From an uncultured Bacillota bacterium (lineage in GTDB: Bacteria; Bacillota; Clostridia; Peptostreptococcales; Anaerovoracaceae), in contig CAUDEQ010000002.1 of NCBI GenBank assembly GCA_958448635.1, positions 5,009 through 69,008 of the forward strand: a stretch of 64,000 nt of DNA, read 5' to 3'. A program made the translations under genes and the position numbers. The notes under the pieces are model-generated. The model saw nothing but the letters and a program-made list of their open reading frames with translations. It was not told the origin of the DNA and searched no databases. Position 1 is the stretch's first letter. Each line of letters begins with the position of its first letter. Below, piece by piece: positions 17,623-27,579 of the stretch.

Positions 17623-19088
17623 TGGGCGGAGTAATAGGCTTTGTATCAAAGCAGGACTGTGTGATGGACCTGTTTTTCGGTACTGACTATCATTCACATC
17701 TGGGAACTAAGAGAGGCGGAATGTGCGTGCTTCAGGAGGATGGCTTCAACAGATCCATTCACAATATAGAAAATTCTCCCTTCAGAAGCAAGTTTGAAAA
17801 GGATATCGAGGAAATGCAGGGGAATATGGGTATAGGAGCCATAAGCGACAGCGACCCGCAGCCTCTGACGGTACGCAGCAGACAGGGCGAATACGCCATA
17901 ACCACTGTAGGCCGTATAAACAACAAGGACGAGATCGTAAACGAGCTGCTTAAGGACAGACCAAGCCAGTTCATGTCCATGAGCGGCGGCGGTATAAACA
18001 ATACCGAGCTGGTGGCTGCCATCGTATCCACCGGAAGAGATATAGTCGACGGCATAAGAAGAGCCCAGGATAAGATTGACGGCTCCGTAACGATGCTGGT
18101 GCTGACCAAGGAAGGTCTTTACGCCGCCAGAGACAAATACGGAAGAACTCCACTCATTATAGGCAAAAAGGACGGCGCATACTGTGCCGCATCCGAATCC
18201 TTTGCATTCATAAACGTAGGATATAAGTACAGCAGAGAGCTGGGACCCGCAGAGATCGCATTTCTCACTCCCGACGGGGAGGAAACCGTGGGAGAACCGC
18301 AGGAGGGCATGAGGATATGCTCCTTCCTCTGGACGTATTTCGGATATACGACTTCAATATACGAAGGAAAGAACGTGGAGCTGATGAGAAACAGAAACGG
18401 AGGAATTCTGGCACAGAAGGACGAGGATCTGGACGTGGACTACGTTGCGGGAGTTCCGGACAGCGGCACTGCCCATGCGTTGGGCTATGCCAATCAGTCG
18501 CGGGTGCCATATGCACGTCCGCTGATCAAATATACGCCGACATGGCCAAGGAGCTTCATGCCGCAGAACCAGAAGGCCAGAAACCTCATCGCCAAGATGA
18601 AGCTGGTGCCTGTTTTCCAGATCATAAAGGACAAGAAGTTCGTGCTTATAGACGACTCCATCGTAAGAGGTACGCAGCTTTCGGAAACAGTAAGCTATCT
18701 GATAGAAAACGGCGCCAAGGATATACATGTAAGATCTGCATGCCCGCCGATCATGTACGGATGTAAATTCCTGAACTTTTCACGATCGGTAAGCGATATG
18801 GAGCTCATCACCAGAAGATGCATCAGAGAGCTGGAGGGCATGGATCAGCCGGGAGATGCAGCGGCAAACCCTGCAGGCTTCGACAGCGAGATGCAGTCTG
18901 ATATCTCTGCCGAGGTGCTGGCGGAGTATGCAGACCCTAAGACGGAAAGACATAAGAACATGGTTGAGCTTATAAGAAAGAAGCTGAATTTCGACAGTCT
19001 GAAATTCCAGGAGCTGGATGACACCATCGAGGCCATAGGAATAGACAGATGCAAGCTCTGTACATACTGTTGGGACGGAAAGGAGTAA
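17622..19088 (+). CDS. purF: amidophosphoribosyltransferase homolog with substituted glutaminase active-site residues
   Basis: 488 aa. PRTase domain and C-terminal 4Fe-4S Cys ligands (SACPP, YGCKF, CKLCTYC) typical of Bacillus-type PurF. The N-terminus is MGGVIGF where the Ntn nucleophile motif MCG(I/V) is expected. The oxyanion-hole HNGN aligns to TVGR. Start overlaps the purN stop (TAATG). Confidence 0.85.
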   Translation: MGGVIGFVSKQDCVMDLFFGTDYHSHLGTKRGGMCVLQEDGFNRSIHNIENSPFRSKFEKDIEEMQGNMGIGAISDSDPQPLTVRSRQGEYAITTVGRINNKDEIVNELLKDRPSQFMSMSGGGINNTELVAAIVSTGRDIVDGIRRAQDKIDGSVTMLVLTKEGLYAARDKYGRTPLIIGKKDGAYCAASESFAFINVGYKYSRELGPAEIAFLTPDGEETVGEPQEGMRICSFLWTYFGYTTSIYEGKNVELMRNRNGGILAQKDEDLDVDYVAGVPDSGTAHALGYANQSRVPYARPLIKYTPTWPRSFMPQNQKARNLIAKMKLVPVFQIIKDKKFVLIDDSIVRGTQLSETVSYLIENGAKDIHVRSACPPIMYGCKFLNFSRSVSDMELITRRCIRELEGMDQPGDAAANPAGFDSEMQSDISAEVLAEYADPKTERHKNMVELIRKKLNFDSLKFQELDDTIEAIGIDRCKLCTYCWDGKE

Positions 19089-19094
19089 GGTAAT

Positions 19095-19808
19095 ATGAAA
19101 AAATCACTGCTGACGGATCTTCTGAAGGGAAACTCCTATCCGGGGAGAGGAATCGTTACAGCCCGTTCAGAAGACGGTAAAAGCGCTGTGGCAGCGTATT
19201 TCATTATGGGAAGAAGCGTCAACAGCCGCAACAGGATATTCGTGGAGGAGGGCGAGGGAATCAGGACACAGGCTCATGATCCTGCTTTGCTCAGTGATCC
19301 AAGCCTGATAATTTATTCTCCTGTAAAGGTGCTGGGCAACAAGACCATCATCACCAACGGAGACCAGACCGACACCATCTATGAAGGCATGGACAAGCAG
19401 CAGACCTTCGAGCAGTCTCTGAGAATCAGGGAGTTCGAGCCGGACGGTCCCAACTATACTCCGAGAATATCAGGAATAATACATATAGAAAAGGGCAGCT
19501 GCAATTATGCCATGTCAATACTGAAGAGCAATAACGGCGACCCTGAAGGCTGCAGCAGATATACTTTTGCGTATGAGAATCCTGCAGCGGGAGAGGGCAG
19601 ATACATACACACCTACATGCATGACGGCGAGCCGCTGCCGAGCTTTGAAGGCGAGCCTGAGTGGGTGGAGATCTCCGGAGATATCGATGAGTTCACCGAT
19701 GCGGTATGGAGCAGCCTGAACGAAGACAACAAGGTATCGCTGTTTGTCAGATATATAGACATAGAGACAGGCAGCTATGAGACGAGAATAGTCAATAAGA
19801 ACAAATAG
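19095..19808 (+). CDS. purO: archaeal-type IMP cyclohydrolase
   Basis: 237 aa with the PurO family signature (YPGRGIV...AAYFIMGRSVNSRNR). Confidence 0.75.
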   Translation: MKKSLLTDLLKGNSYPGRGIVTARSEDGKSAVAAYFIMGRSVNSRNRIFVEEGEGIRTQAHDPALLSDPSLIIYSPVKVLGNKTIITNGDQTDTIYEGMDKQQTFEQSLRIREFEPDGPNYTPRISGIIHIEKGSCNYAMSILKSNNGDPEGCSRYTFAYENPAAGEGRYIHTYMHDGEPLPSFEGEPEWVEISGDIDEFTDAVWSSLNEDNKVSLFVRYIDIETGSYETRIVNKNK

Positions 19809-19937
19809 GAAAGCCGCACTGCGGGCTTTGCGGAAAGCGTTACGGATGCGACGCAGGAGTGCGCTTTGCAGAGAAAGTCCGGACGTATCATAAGTGTGCG
19901 CTTTGCATGAGAGATAAGCAATACAGAAGGAGATAAG

Positions 19938-21113
19938 ATGAAAGAACTGGAACTCAAATACGGATGCAATCCCAATCAGAAGCCATCCAGAATATTTGTC
20001 GAAGAGGGAGAGCTTCCCATCGAGGTACTCAACGGAAAGCCGGGATATATCAATTTTATGGACGCCTTCAACGGCTGGCAGCTGGTTAAGGAGCTGAAGG
20101 AGGCAACAGGACTGCCTGCAGCCACATCATTCAAGCACGTTTCGCCTGCCGGAGCAGCTGTGGGGCTGCCTCTCACGGAGGTGGAGAAAAAGATATACTG
20201 GGTGGACGACAGCATAGAGCTTTCGCCGCTGGCATGCGCCTATGCCAGAGCAAGAGGCGCCGACAGGATGTCATCCTTCGGTGATTTCATATCGTTGTCG
20301 GATGTATGCGATACGGCGACTGCCATGCTGATAAAGCCTGAGGTGTCCGACGGCGTGATCGCTCCCGGTTATGAGCCTGAGGCTCTTGAGATACTTAAGA
20401 CAAAGAAAAAGGGAAATTACAATGTGATAAAGATAGATCCCGACTATGTCCCTGAAAAGCAGGAGCGCAAGCAGGTGTTTGGGATTACCTTCGAACAGGG
20501 AAGAAACGATATGCCGATAGATGAAAAATTTCTGGGCAGCATCGTGACGGAAAACAAGGAAATAAGCAGTGAGGCCAAGAGGGATTTACTGATAGCCCTC
20601 ATCACCCTTAAATATACCCAGTCCAATTCCGTATGCTACGCCAAGGGCGGTCAGGCCATCGGAATAGGAGCAGGACAGCAGTCACGTATACACTGCACCA
20701 GGCTGGCAGGGCAGAAGGCAGACAACTGGCTGCTGAGACAGTGTCCTAAGGTGCTGGAACTGCCTTTCAAAGACGGTGTGGGAAGACCTGACAGGGATAA
20801 TGCCATAGATGTGTATATGAGCGACGACTACGAGGATGTCATAGGTGAAGGTCAGTGGCAGCGCTTTTTCACCAGACAGCCGGAGCCTCTTACCAGAGAG
20901 GAAAAAAGGGAATGGCTGTCAAAGATGGACGATGTAGCGTTGGGCTCGGATGCGTTCTTCCCGTTCAGCGACAATATCGACAGAGCGTACAGGAGCGGAG
21001 TTAAATACATAGCGCAGCCGGGTGGCTCGGTGAGAGACGATATCGTCATCAAGGCATGCGATGAATACGGCATGGTGATGTATTTCTCAGGCATGAGACT
21101 GTTCCATCATTAA
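19938..21113 (+). CDS. purH: phosphoribosylaminoimidazolecarboxamide formyltransferase (AICARFT domain only)
   Basis: 391 aa. Matches the C-terminal AICAR transformylase half of bifunctional PurH. The N-terminal MGS-like IMP cyclohydrolase domain is absent. Confidence 0.85.
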   Translation: MKELELKYGCNPNQKPSRIFVEEGELPIEVLNGKPGYINFMDAFNGWQLVKELKEATGLPAATSFKHVSPAGAAVGLPLTEVEKKIYWVDDSIELSPLACAYARARGADRMSSFGDFISLSDVCDTATAMLIKPEVSDGVIAPGYEPEALEILKTKKKGNYNVIKIDPDYVPEKQERKQVFGITFEQGRNDMPIDEKFLGSIVTENKEISSEAKRDLLIALITLKYTQSNSVCYAKGGQAIGIGAGQQSRIHCTRLAGQKADNWLLRQCPKVLELPFKDGVGRPDRDNAIDVYMSDDYEDVIGEGQWQRFFTRQPEPLTREEKREWLSKMDDVALGSDAFFPFSDNIDRAYRSGVKYIAQPGGSVRDDIVIKACDEYGMVMYFSGMRLFHH

Positions 21114-21124
21114 GGAGGTTTATA

Positions 21125-22441
21125 ATGAAGGTACTGGTAGTTGGAAGCGGCGGAAGAGAACATGCAATATGCTGGAAGCTGAAGCAGAGCCCTGCTCTTG
21201 AGGAGCTTTACTGTGCTCCCGGCAATGCGGGAATAGCTGCCGATGCAACGTGTGTGGATATAAGTGCCGAGGACGTGGAGGGGATCTGCGGCTGGGCATC
21301 TGAAAACAAAATAGACCTGGCTGTGATCGGCCCTGAGGTGCCGCTGGCAATGGGCATCGTGGACGCCCTGGAAGCAAAGGGCATAAGGACGTTCGGACCC
21401 AACATGAAATGCTCTCGACTTGAGGCAAGCAAATCCTTTACCAAGGACTTTCTCGACAGGCATGACATTCCGACGGCGGGCTACAGAGAGTTCACCGATA
21501 AGGCGGAACTGCTTGAGAACGTGGGCCTTTACGGATATCCCATGGTGCTGAAGGCTGACGGTCTGGCGGCAGGCAAGGGAGTAGTCATTGCAGAAAACGA
21601 AAAGGATGCCGTGGCTGCCATCGAGGAAATGATGGGAGAGAGGATCTTCGGAGCTGCGGCAGATAAGATAGTGGTGGAGGAATTCCTGACGGGAGTAGAG
21701 GCTTCGATGCTCTGCTTCGTAGATGAGAATACCATAGTTCCCATGGAATCGGCCCAGGATTACAAGAGGATCTTTGACGGAGACAAGGGACCGAACACAG
21801 GAGGCATGGGTACATACTCGCCAAGCCTGCTCTTTACGCCTGAGCTGGAGGAGCAGATAAGAGAGAGAATACTTGAGCCGACGCTGAAAGGCTTTCAGGA
21901 GGACGGTCTGGATTTCAAGGGGGTGCTGTTCATCGGGCTCATGCTGTCGGAGGACGGGCCGAAGGTAATTGAATTCAACAACAGATTCGGAGACCCTGAG
22001 ACTCAGTCGGTGCTGATGCGCCTCGACAGCGATCTTCTGGAGATTTTCATGGCAGTCACCGAAAACAGGCTGTCGGATATTGAAATCAGATGGAAGGACG
22101 ATAGAGCAGTATGCGTCGTACTGGCTTCAGGCGGATATCCCGGCAGCTATGAAAAGAACAAGCTGATAAAGGGGCTTGACGCTGTGGACGATGATGTGGT
22201 GGTGTTCCATGCGGGAACCAGGTTCGCACCGATGCCGGAGGGAAGCAAATGCGCTTCCTGCGAGGACGACTGCGACATCAAGACAGGAGCCGTAGTAACA
22301 TCCGGAGGCCGCGTTCTGGGCGTGACGGCTGTCGGTAAAACCCACGAGGAGGCAAGGAAAAAGGCATATGAAAATGCCGGACGTATCAGCTTCGAGGGAA
22401 TGCAGTACAGAAACGACATAGGAATGATAAACAGACATTGA
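21125..22441 (+). CDS. purD: phosphoribosylamine--glycine ligase
   Basis: 438 aa. GAR synthetase with ATP-grasp (MKVLVVGSGGREHA...). Confidence 0.95.
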   Translation: MKVLVVGSGGREHAICWKLKQSPALEELYCAPGNAGIAADATCVDISAEDVEGICGWASENKIDLAVIGPEVPLAMGIVDALEAKGIRTFGPNMKCSRLEASKSFTKDFLDRHDIPTAGYREFTDKAELLENVGLYGYPMVLKADGLAAGKGVVIAENEKDAVAAIEEMMGERIFGAAADKIVVEEFLTGVEASMLCFVDENTIVPMESAQDYKRIFDGDKGPNTGGMGTYSPSLLFTPELEEQIRERILEPTLKGFQEDGLDFKGVLFIGLMLSEDGPKVIEFNNRFGDPETQSVLMRLDSDLLEIFMAVTENRLSDIEIRWKDDRAVCVVLASGGYPGSYEKNKLIKGLDAVDDDVVVFHAGTRFAPMPEGSKCASCEDDCDIKTGAVVTSGGRVLGVTAVGKTHEEARKKAYENAGRISFEGMQYRNDIGMINRH

Positions 22442-22480
22442 GACGATCCCGTATCGTGGGATGGAAAAGAGTGAAGACAT

Positions 22481-22522
22481 GAGTGCAAAGGAAGCCTTGT
22501 TTCCGTCCTGCACTCTTTTTCT
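22481..22522 (+). terminator. intrinsic terminator after purD (end of pur operon)
   Basis: GAGTGCA...TGCACTC stem followed by TTTTT. Confidence 0.7.
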
Positions 22523-22767
22523 TATGCGGGAGTATAGTATGTGGGATGGCTTCTGAATTTCAGCAAAGCCTGCCGTTTAGAAGCTGTAGGCTTTGCTTCG
22601 AGGCGGCGCTTTTGCTCATGCATCTCCGTTAAATTGAACAGCGACATGTAATTGGTATTTGAATAGTAAACGTGGTTTATGATAAAATATAAAAATAAAG
22701 CAGCGGTGTTGTTGGTGCAGATATAGTGACAGCGGTTTTTTCAATATGGGTAATATCCAATGCGTGG

Positions 22768-22800
22768 CATTTCCCGTATTTCAACAAAGTCTCCCGATTA
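22768..22800 (+). promoter_or_regulatory. conserved leader element, copy A (5' UTR of cytidylate-kinase-like gene)
   Basis: GCATTTCCCGTATTTCAACAAAGTCTCCCG. About 28 of 31 positions are identical to copy B at 36087-36117. Confidence 0.45.
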
Positions 22801-22852
22801 AATTGGATCGGCGGGATCGACTTCGTTACGGCGGCACTGCGATGAGGAGGCA

Positions 22853-23491
22853 ATGATTATGAATGAGAAAAAATGTATAGTTACCATAAGCAGAGAGTTT
22901 GGCAGCGGCGGAAGGCTGATCGGCAAGAGACTCGCTGAGAAAATGGGGGTTAATTATTACGATAAGAAGCTTCTGGACAGGATTGCCGAGGAATCGGGCC
23001 TTTGCAGGGAGATGATGGAGGATGCTGAGAAGAAGGCAAAGAACAGCTTCCTTTACAGTCTGGCGTCTGCGCTGGGTACAGGTGAAGCGGGTCCCGAAAG
23101 CCTTTCCCTCAATGAGAGATTCTTTCTGGCTCAGTTTGACACCATCAGAAAGATTGCGGAGGAGGAGTCATGCGTTATCGTAGGGCGATGCGCCGATTAT
23201 ATTTTAAGGGGAATGCCTGAGGCGACCAACGTATTCATCTATGCAGAGGAGGCTGACAAGATCAAGAGAGCCGTTGAGGAGTACGGTGTGCCTGAGGATT
23301 CCGTAAAGAAGATGATGAAGGATACGGATAAGGCCAGAGCCAACTATTACGCATACCATACGGGAAGAAAATGGGGAGAGCATGTCAACTATCATCTGTC
23401 AATAGACAGCGGATATCTGGAGATAGATGATATAGTGGATCTCATCATAAAGTACACCGAAGTCAAGATCAACAAGCTGGAATCCATCTAG
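22853..23491 (+). CDS. cytidylate kinase-like family protein (Cytidylate_kin2)
   Basis: 212 aa. P-loop-like SREFGSGG, a family common in Clostridia and of unknown function. Confidence 0.65.
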   Translation: MIMNEKKCIVTISREFGSGGRLIGKRLAEKMGVNYYDKKLLDRIAEESGLCREMMEDAEKKAKNSFLYSLASALGTGEAGPESLSLNERFFLAQFDTIRKIAEEESCVIVGRCADYILRGMPEATNVFIYAEEADKIKRAVEEYGVPEDSVKKMMKDTDKARANYYAYHTGRKWGEHVNYHLSIDSGYLEIDDIVDLIIKYTEVKINKLESI

Positions 23492-23540
23492 TCAGCTCTG
23501 CAGACCACTATCGCACTGATTGATTCAGGAGAGTGATAAA

Positions 23541-24461
23541 ATGAAAAAGAAGATAAGAGCCATGTATTTTACAGGCACCAACACTACGGCCAGGATCACA
23601 ACGAGCATCGCATACAGCATGTGGAGAGATATGAGCAGGGCTGTCGGCGAAAGCCCGTGGAACGATAAAGACGCTACGGATTATGAAGTGAGCTTTTCAA
23701 AGGAAGATGATATAAATTTCTCGCCGAAGGCGGCAAGGGAAAGGGAATATGTTTTCGATGAAGACGACATCGTGGTATTCGGCGTTCCTGTCATCGCAGG
23801 AAGGGTTCCAAATGTCCTTCTGAAGTTTCTCGACACGCTTAAAGGCGGCGGTGCCATGGCCATTCCCGTGGTTCTTTACGGAAACAGGAATTTCGACGAT
23901 GCGCTGATAGAGCTGAGGAATATCCTGGAGGAAAAGGGCTTCAATACGGTGGCAGGAGCGGCATTCATCGGTGAGCATTCATTTTCCAAGACTCTGGCGG
24001 CAGGAAGACCTGATGAAGATGATATGAAGAAGGCAGAGGCGTTTTCAAAGGATGTTGCAGATAAGATACTGTATATCATCAGGGAGGGCGAAGGAGACAA
24101 CGATAAAATAAGAGATGTGCTGGAGAAGCTGTGCCCTGTGGAGGTCGAGGGCTGCCAGCCGATAAGACCGTACTACAAGCCTAGGGACAGGCATGGTGAG
24201 CATATAAATATCCTCAAGGTAACACCTAAGCTCGATGAGTCAAAATGCATAAAATGCGGTATGTGTGCGGCGATATGCCCCATGGGCTCCATCAGCAGGG
24301 AAGAACCCGGTATAGTCAACGGCATATGCATAAAGTGCTGCGGCTGTGTCAAGGGATGCCCGCAGCAGGCTCTTTACTATGATGATGCCGGATACATATA
24401 CCACAAGGAAGAACTGGAAGCCATGTACGCCGATAGGAAGGAGCCGTCTACGTTCCTTTGA
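23541..24461 (+). CDS. flavodoxin-like domain fused to 2x[4Fe-4S] ferredoxin domain protein
   Basis: N-terminal flavodoxin-like fold (MYFTGTNTTARI...), C-terminal CIKCGMCAAICP and CIKCCGCVKGCP motifs. Start moved to the ATG with an AGGAGAG ribosome-binding site. Confidence 0.7.
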   Translation: MKKKIRAMYFTGTNTTARITTSIAYSMWRDMSRAVGESPWNDKDATDYEVSFSKEDDINFSPKAAREREYVFDEDDIVVFGVPVIAGRVPNVLLKFLDTLKGGGAMAIPVVLYGNRNFDDALIELRNILEEKGFNTVAGAAFIGEHSFSKTLAAGRPDEDDMKKAEAFSKDVADKILYIIREGEGDNDKIRDVLEKLCPVEVEGCQPIRPYYKPRDRHGEHINILKVTPKLDESKCIKCGMCAAICPMGSISREEPGIVNGICIKCCGCVKGCPQQALYYDDAGYIYHKEELEAMYADRKEPSTFL

Positions 24462-24479
24462 GCACAAATGATAAAGCAT

Positions 24480-24508
24480 TGACCTGATTTATGAATAGTG
24501 ATATTCTA
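24480..24508 (+). promoter_or_regulatory. sigma-A type promoter of metG
   Basis: -35 TTGACC, 17-nt spacer, extended -10 TGaTATTCT, about 85 nt upstream of the metG ATG. Confidence 0.55.
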
Positions 24509-24591
24509 AAATACAGACCACCTGCCGCCCATTTGCGGCAGATGAAAAAACGCATCTCATCTGATGCGGATATGAAAGGAAGAATGAAAAA

Positions 24592-26526
24592 ATGGCAGAA
24601 AACAAAGGCACCTATTACATCACCACACCTATTTATTACCCCAGTGCGAACCTGCATATAGGTCATACGTACTGTACCGTCATGGCTGACGCCATGGCAA
24701 GGTTCAAGAGACTGCTGGGATACGATGTAAGATTTCTTACGGGAACTGATGAACACGGACAGAAGATTCAGACCATAGCCGAAAAGGAGGGCGTATCTCC
24801 TCAGGAATACGTTGATAAGGTCGTGTCGGGAATCAAGGATCTGTGGAAGACCATGGAAATATCCTACGATGATTTCATCAGAACCACAGAGGACAGGCAT
24901 ATAAAGAGAGTACAGGCTCTTTTCATGAAGATGTATGAAAAGGGAGATATATACAAGGGAGAATACGAAGGCATGTACTGCACGCCGTGCGAATCCTTCT
25001 GGACCGAAAGCCAGCTGGTGGACGGAAAATGCCCGGACTGCGGCAGACCTGTCCAGAAAGCTCAGGAGGAGGCATACTTCTTCAAGCTGTCAAAGTATGA
25101 GGATGCGCTTCTGGAGCTGTTTGAAAACAATCCTGAATTCCTCCAGCCTGAAACGAGAAGAAACGAAATGGTAGCCTTCGTAAAGCAGGGCCTTGAGGAC
25201 CTGTGCATTTCAAGGTCGACCTTTGACTGGGGAATCCCTGTACCTATCAATGACAAGCACGTTATGTACGTGTGGCTGGATGCGCTTTCCAACTATATAA
25301 CGGCTCTTGGATGGCCTGATGAGCCTGAGCTTTATGAAAAGTACTGGCCTGTAAACGTCCATCTGGTGGGCAAGGAAATCGTAAGATTCCACACGATAAT
25401 CTGGCCTGCAATGCTGATGAGTGCAGAGCTCCCTCTGCCTAAGCAGGTGCTGGGTCACGGTTGGCTGCTGCTGGAGGGCGGCAAGATGTCAAAGTCAAAG
25501 GGCAACGTTGTGGACCCTGTGAAGCTGATAGAAAGATACGGTATCGACGCTCTTAAATACTTCCTGCTGAGGGAATATACCTTCGGGCAGGACGGCATAT
25601 TCACCAACGAGGTTATGCTGAAGAGAATGAACTACGATCTTGCCAACGATCTGGGGAATCTCGTATCCAGAACCGTTTCAATGATCGAAAAATACAACGG
25701 AGGATTTGTTCCGGATCTTACGGATGCCATAGAGCCTGTGGATCAGGAGCTTAAAAACACAGCCGTAGGTGCCGCCGCTAAGGTGGAGGCCAATATGGAC
25801 GAGTTCAAGTTTAATCTGGCACTGGAGGAAATCTGGGTGCTGGTGAGAAGAGCCAACAAGTACATCGATGAAACCATGCCTTGGGCGCTGGCCAAGGATG
25901 AGGCTGCAAAGCCTAGACTTGACAATGTTCTCCACAACCTGGCAGAAGCCATCAGGATTATATCCATACTGATATATCCGTTCATGCACACAACATCTGA
26001 TAAGATAAGAAAGCAGATGGGTCTTTGGTATGCCGATGTGGCATGGGAGGATGCGCTGCAGTTTGAAATGATGCAGGGTGAGCAGGTGAAGAAGGGAGAT
26101 CCTATATTCCCTAGACTCGATATAGATAAGGAGCTGGAGGAGCTGGAAGCCATGAAGGGCGGTAGTGAGGAAGAGAACATACCTCTGGAGCTGAAGCCGG
26201 AGATCGAATACGATGATTTCGACAAGATTGATTTCAGAGTGGGAACGATACTGTCGGCAGAAAAGCACCCTAAGGCAGATAAGCTGCTGGTATTCCAGGT
26301 GAAGATGGGAACTGAAAAGCGCCAGATAATCTCAGGCGTCGCAGAACACTTCAAGCCTGAGGAATGCGTTGGGCAGAAGGTGTTGGTGGTTGCCAATCTG
26401 AAGCCTAGAAAGCTGAGAGGGCTTGAATCCAAGGGCATGATAATGTTTGCGGACAATGTGGTGGATGGCAAGGAAAGGCTTGAGTTCATGACTACTGAAG
26501 CCGAGGACGGAAACCCTGTAACGTAA
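24592..26526 (+). CDS. metG: methionine--tRNA ligase with C-terminal tRNA-binding domain
   Basis: 644 aa. HIGH motif (NLHIGH), KMSKS, CxxC zinc knuckles and a C-terminal EMAP/Trbp111-like domain. Confidence 0.95.
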   Translation: MAENKGTYYITTPIYYPSANLHIGHTYCTVMADAMARFKRLLGYDVRFLTGTDEHGQKIQTIAEKEGVSPQEYVDKVVSGIKDLWKTMEISYDDFIRTTEDRHIKRVQALFMKMYEKGDIYKGEYEGMYCTPCESFWTESQLVDGKCPDCGRPVQKAQEEAYFFKLSKYEDALLELFENNPEFLQPETRRNEMVAFVKQGLEDLCISRSTFDWGIPVPINDKHVMYVWLDALSNYITALGWPDEPELYEKYWPVNVHLVGKEIVRFHTIIWPAMLMSAELPLPKQVLGHGWLLLEGGKMSKSKGNVVDPVKLIERYGIDALKYFLLREYTFGQDGIFTNEVMLKRMNYDLANDLGNLVSRTVSMIEKYNGGFVPDLTDAIEPVDQELKNTAVGAAAKVEANMDEFKFNLALEEIWVLVRRANKYIDETMPWALAKDEAAKPRLDNVLHNLAEAIRIISILIYPFMHTTSDKIRKQMGLWYADVAWEDALQFEMMQGEQVKKGDPIFPRLDIDKELEELEAMKGGSEEENIPLELKPEIEYDDFDKIDFRVGTILSAEKHPKADKLLVFQVKMGTEKRQIISGVAEHFKPEECVGQKVLVVANLKPRKLRGLESKGMIMFADNVVDGKERLEFMTTEAEDGNPVT

Positions 26527-26577
26527 TGCATAAGCCTGAAAGCATGGCTTAGACAAAAGTTATAGATAGTAAAATAT

Positions 26578-26683
26578 AAAGAGTAACATCAGTCTGAAAA
26601 AAAATGAACCGACTCCCGGAGGCGGATTAAAAAATCCGGTATAGGGAAGAGCGGTCCATGAATTCAGCCCAATGTTACTCTTT
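26578..26683. other. structured intergenic element closed by a 12-nt perfect inverted repeat (probable bidirectional terminator or small RNA) between convergent metG and tatD
   Basis: AAAGAGTAACAT at 26578-26589 pairs with ATGTTACTCTTT at 26672-26683. An internal hairpin CCGGA...TCCGG (26616-26639) lies between them. T-tracts follow the element on both strands. Confidence 0.4.
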
Positions 26684-26715
26684 TGTATTGTCGCAGACGA
26701 GGATAACGGTTCTGC

Positions 26716-27579
26716 TTATTTTATTCCGTAAAATCTCATGGCATTGGCCCTTGTGGCTGCGGCAACGATCTCAAAGCTGATGCCTTTGATATCGGCAATC
26801 TTTCCGGCGGTATGCTCCACCAGAGAAGGGTTGTTTTTTTTGCCGCGGAAAGGCTCCGGCGTAAGATAAGGTGAGTCTGTTTCCACCAGAAGGAAATCGA
26901 GAGGTATTTCCTCAACGACGGCAACAGTCTTTCGATTGTTCTTGTAGGTCACAGGACCGGCGATGGAAAGAGTGGCTCCGAGCTTTACATATTGACGCCC
27001 GAGCTCGGCGCTGCCGGAGAAGCAGTGGAGAAGCACACGGGCATCGTCGACCATGGCGGCGGCATTTGTATTTGAATCGCCGCCTTTTACGTATCCGCTG
27101 GGATCAGGCCTCTTGGGGAACCAGATCTTCCTTTCGGCGGAAAATGCGCCCTCCTCCTTCAGTATATCCATAACCTCCTGATCCGCCTCACGGGAGTGGA
27201 TAACTATGGGCATTTTAAGCTCGTTGGCCAGACGGATCTGCTTCCTGAATGCCTCTCTCTGAAGCTCGCGCGGCGATCTGTCATAATGAAAATCAAGACC
27301 TATCTCTCCTATGGCCATGACCTTGTTCTTTTTTGCCAGCATTCTTATCATCGTAAGATCCATATCATCCATGTGCTGTGCATCATGAGGGTGGAAGCCT
27401 ACCGCAGCGTAGCACCATGCGTATTTTGAAGCATGGTCGACGGCAAGCTTGGAACTGGCCAGATCGAAGCCTATATCCATGACGTAATCCAAATCTGAGC
27501 CTTCTATGGCTGTAACCATTGCGGCCCTGTCTTTATCGGACATTTCATTATTTATATGTGCATGTGAATCAAACAGCAT
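26716..27579 (-). CDS. tatD: TatD-family metal-dependent hydrolase
   Basis: 287 aa. N-terminal DSHAH and the GEIGLD motif. Confidence 0.9.
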   Translation of the reverse strand: MLFDSHAHINNEMSDKDRAAMVTAIEGSDLDYVMDIGFDLASSKLAVDHASKYAWCYAAVGFHPHDAQHMDDMDLTMIRMLAKKNKVMAIGEIGLDFHYDRSPRELQREAFRKQIRLANELKMPIVIHSREADQEVMDILKEEGAFSAERKIWFPKRPDPSGYVKGGDSNTNAAAMVDDARVLLHCFSGSAELGRQYVKLGATLSIAGPVTYKNNRKTVAVVEEIPLDFLLVETDSPYLTPEPFRGKKNNPSLVEHTAGKIADIKGISFEIVAAATRANAMRFYGIK

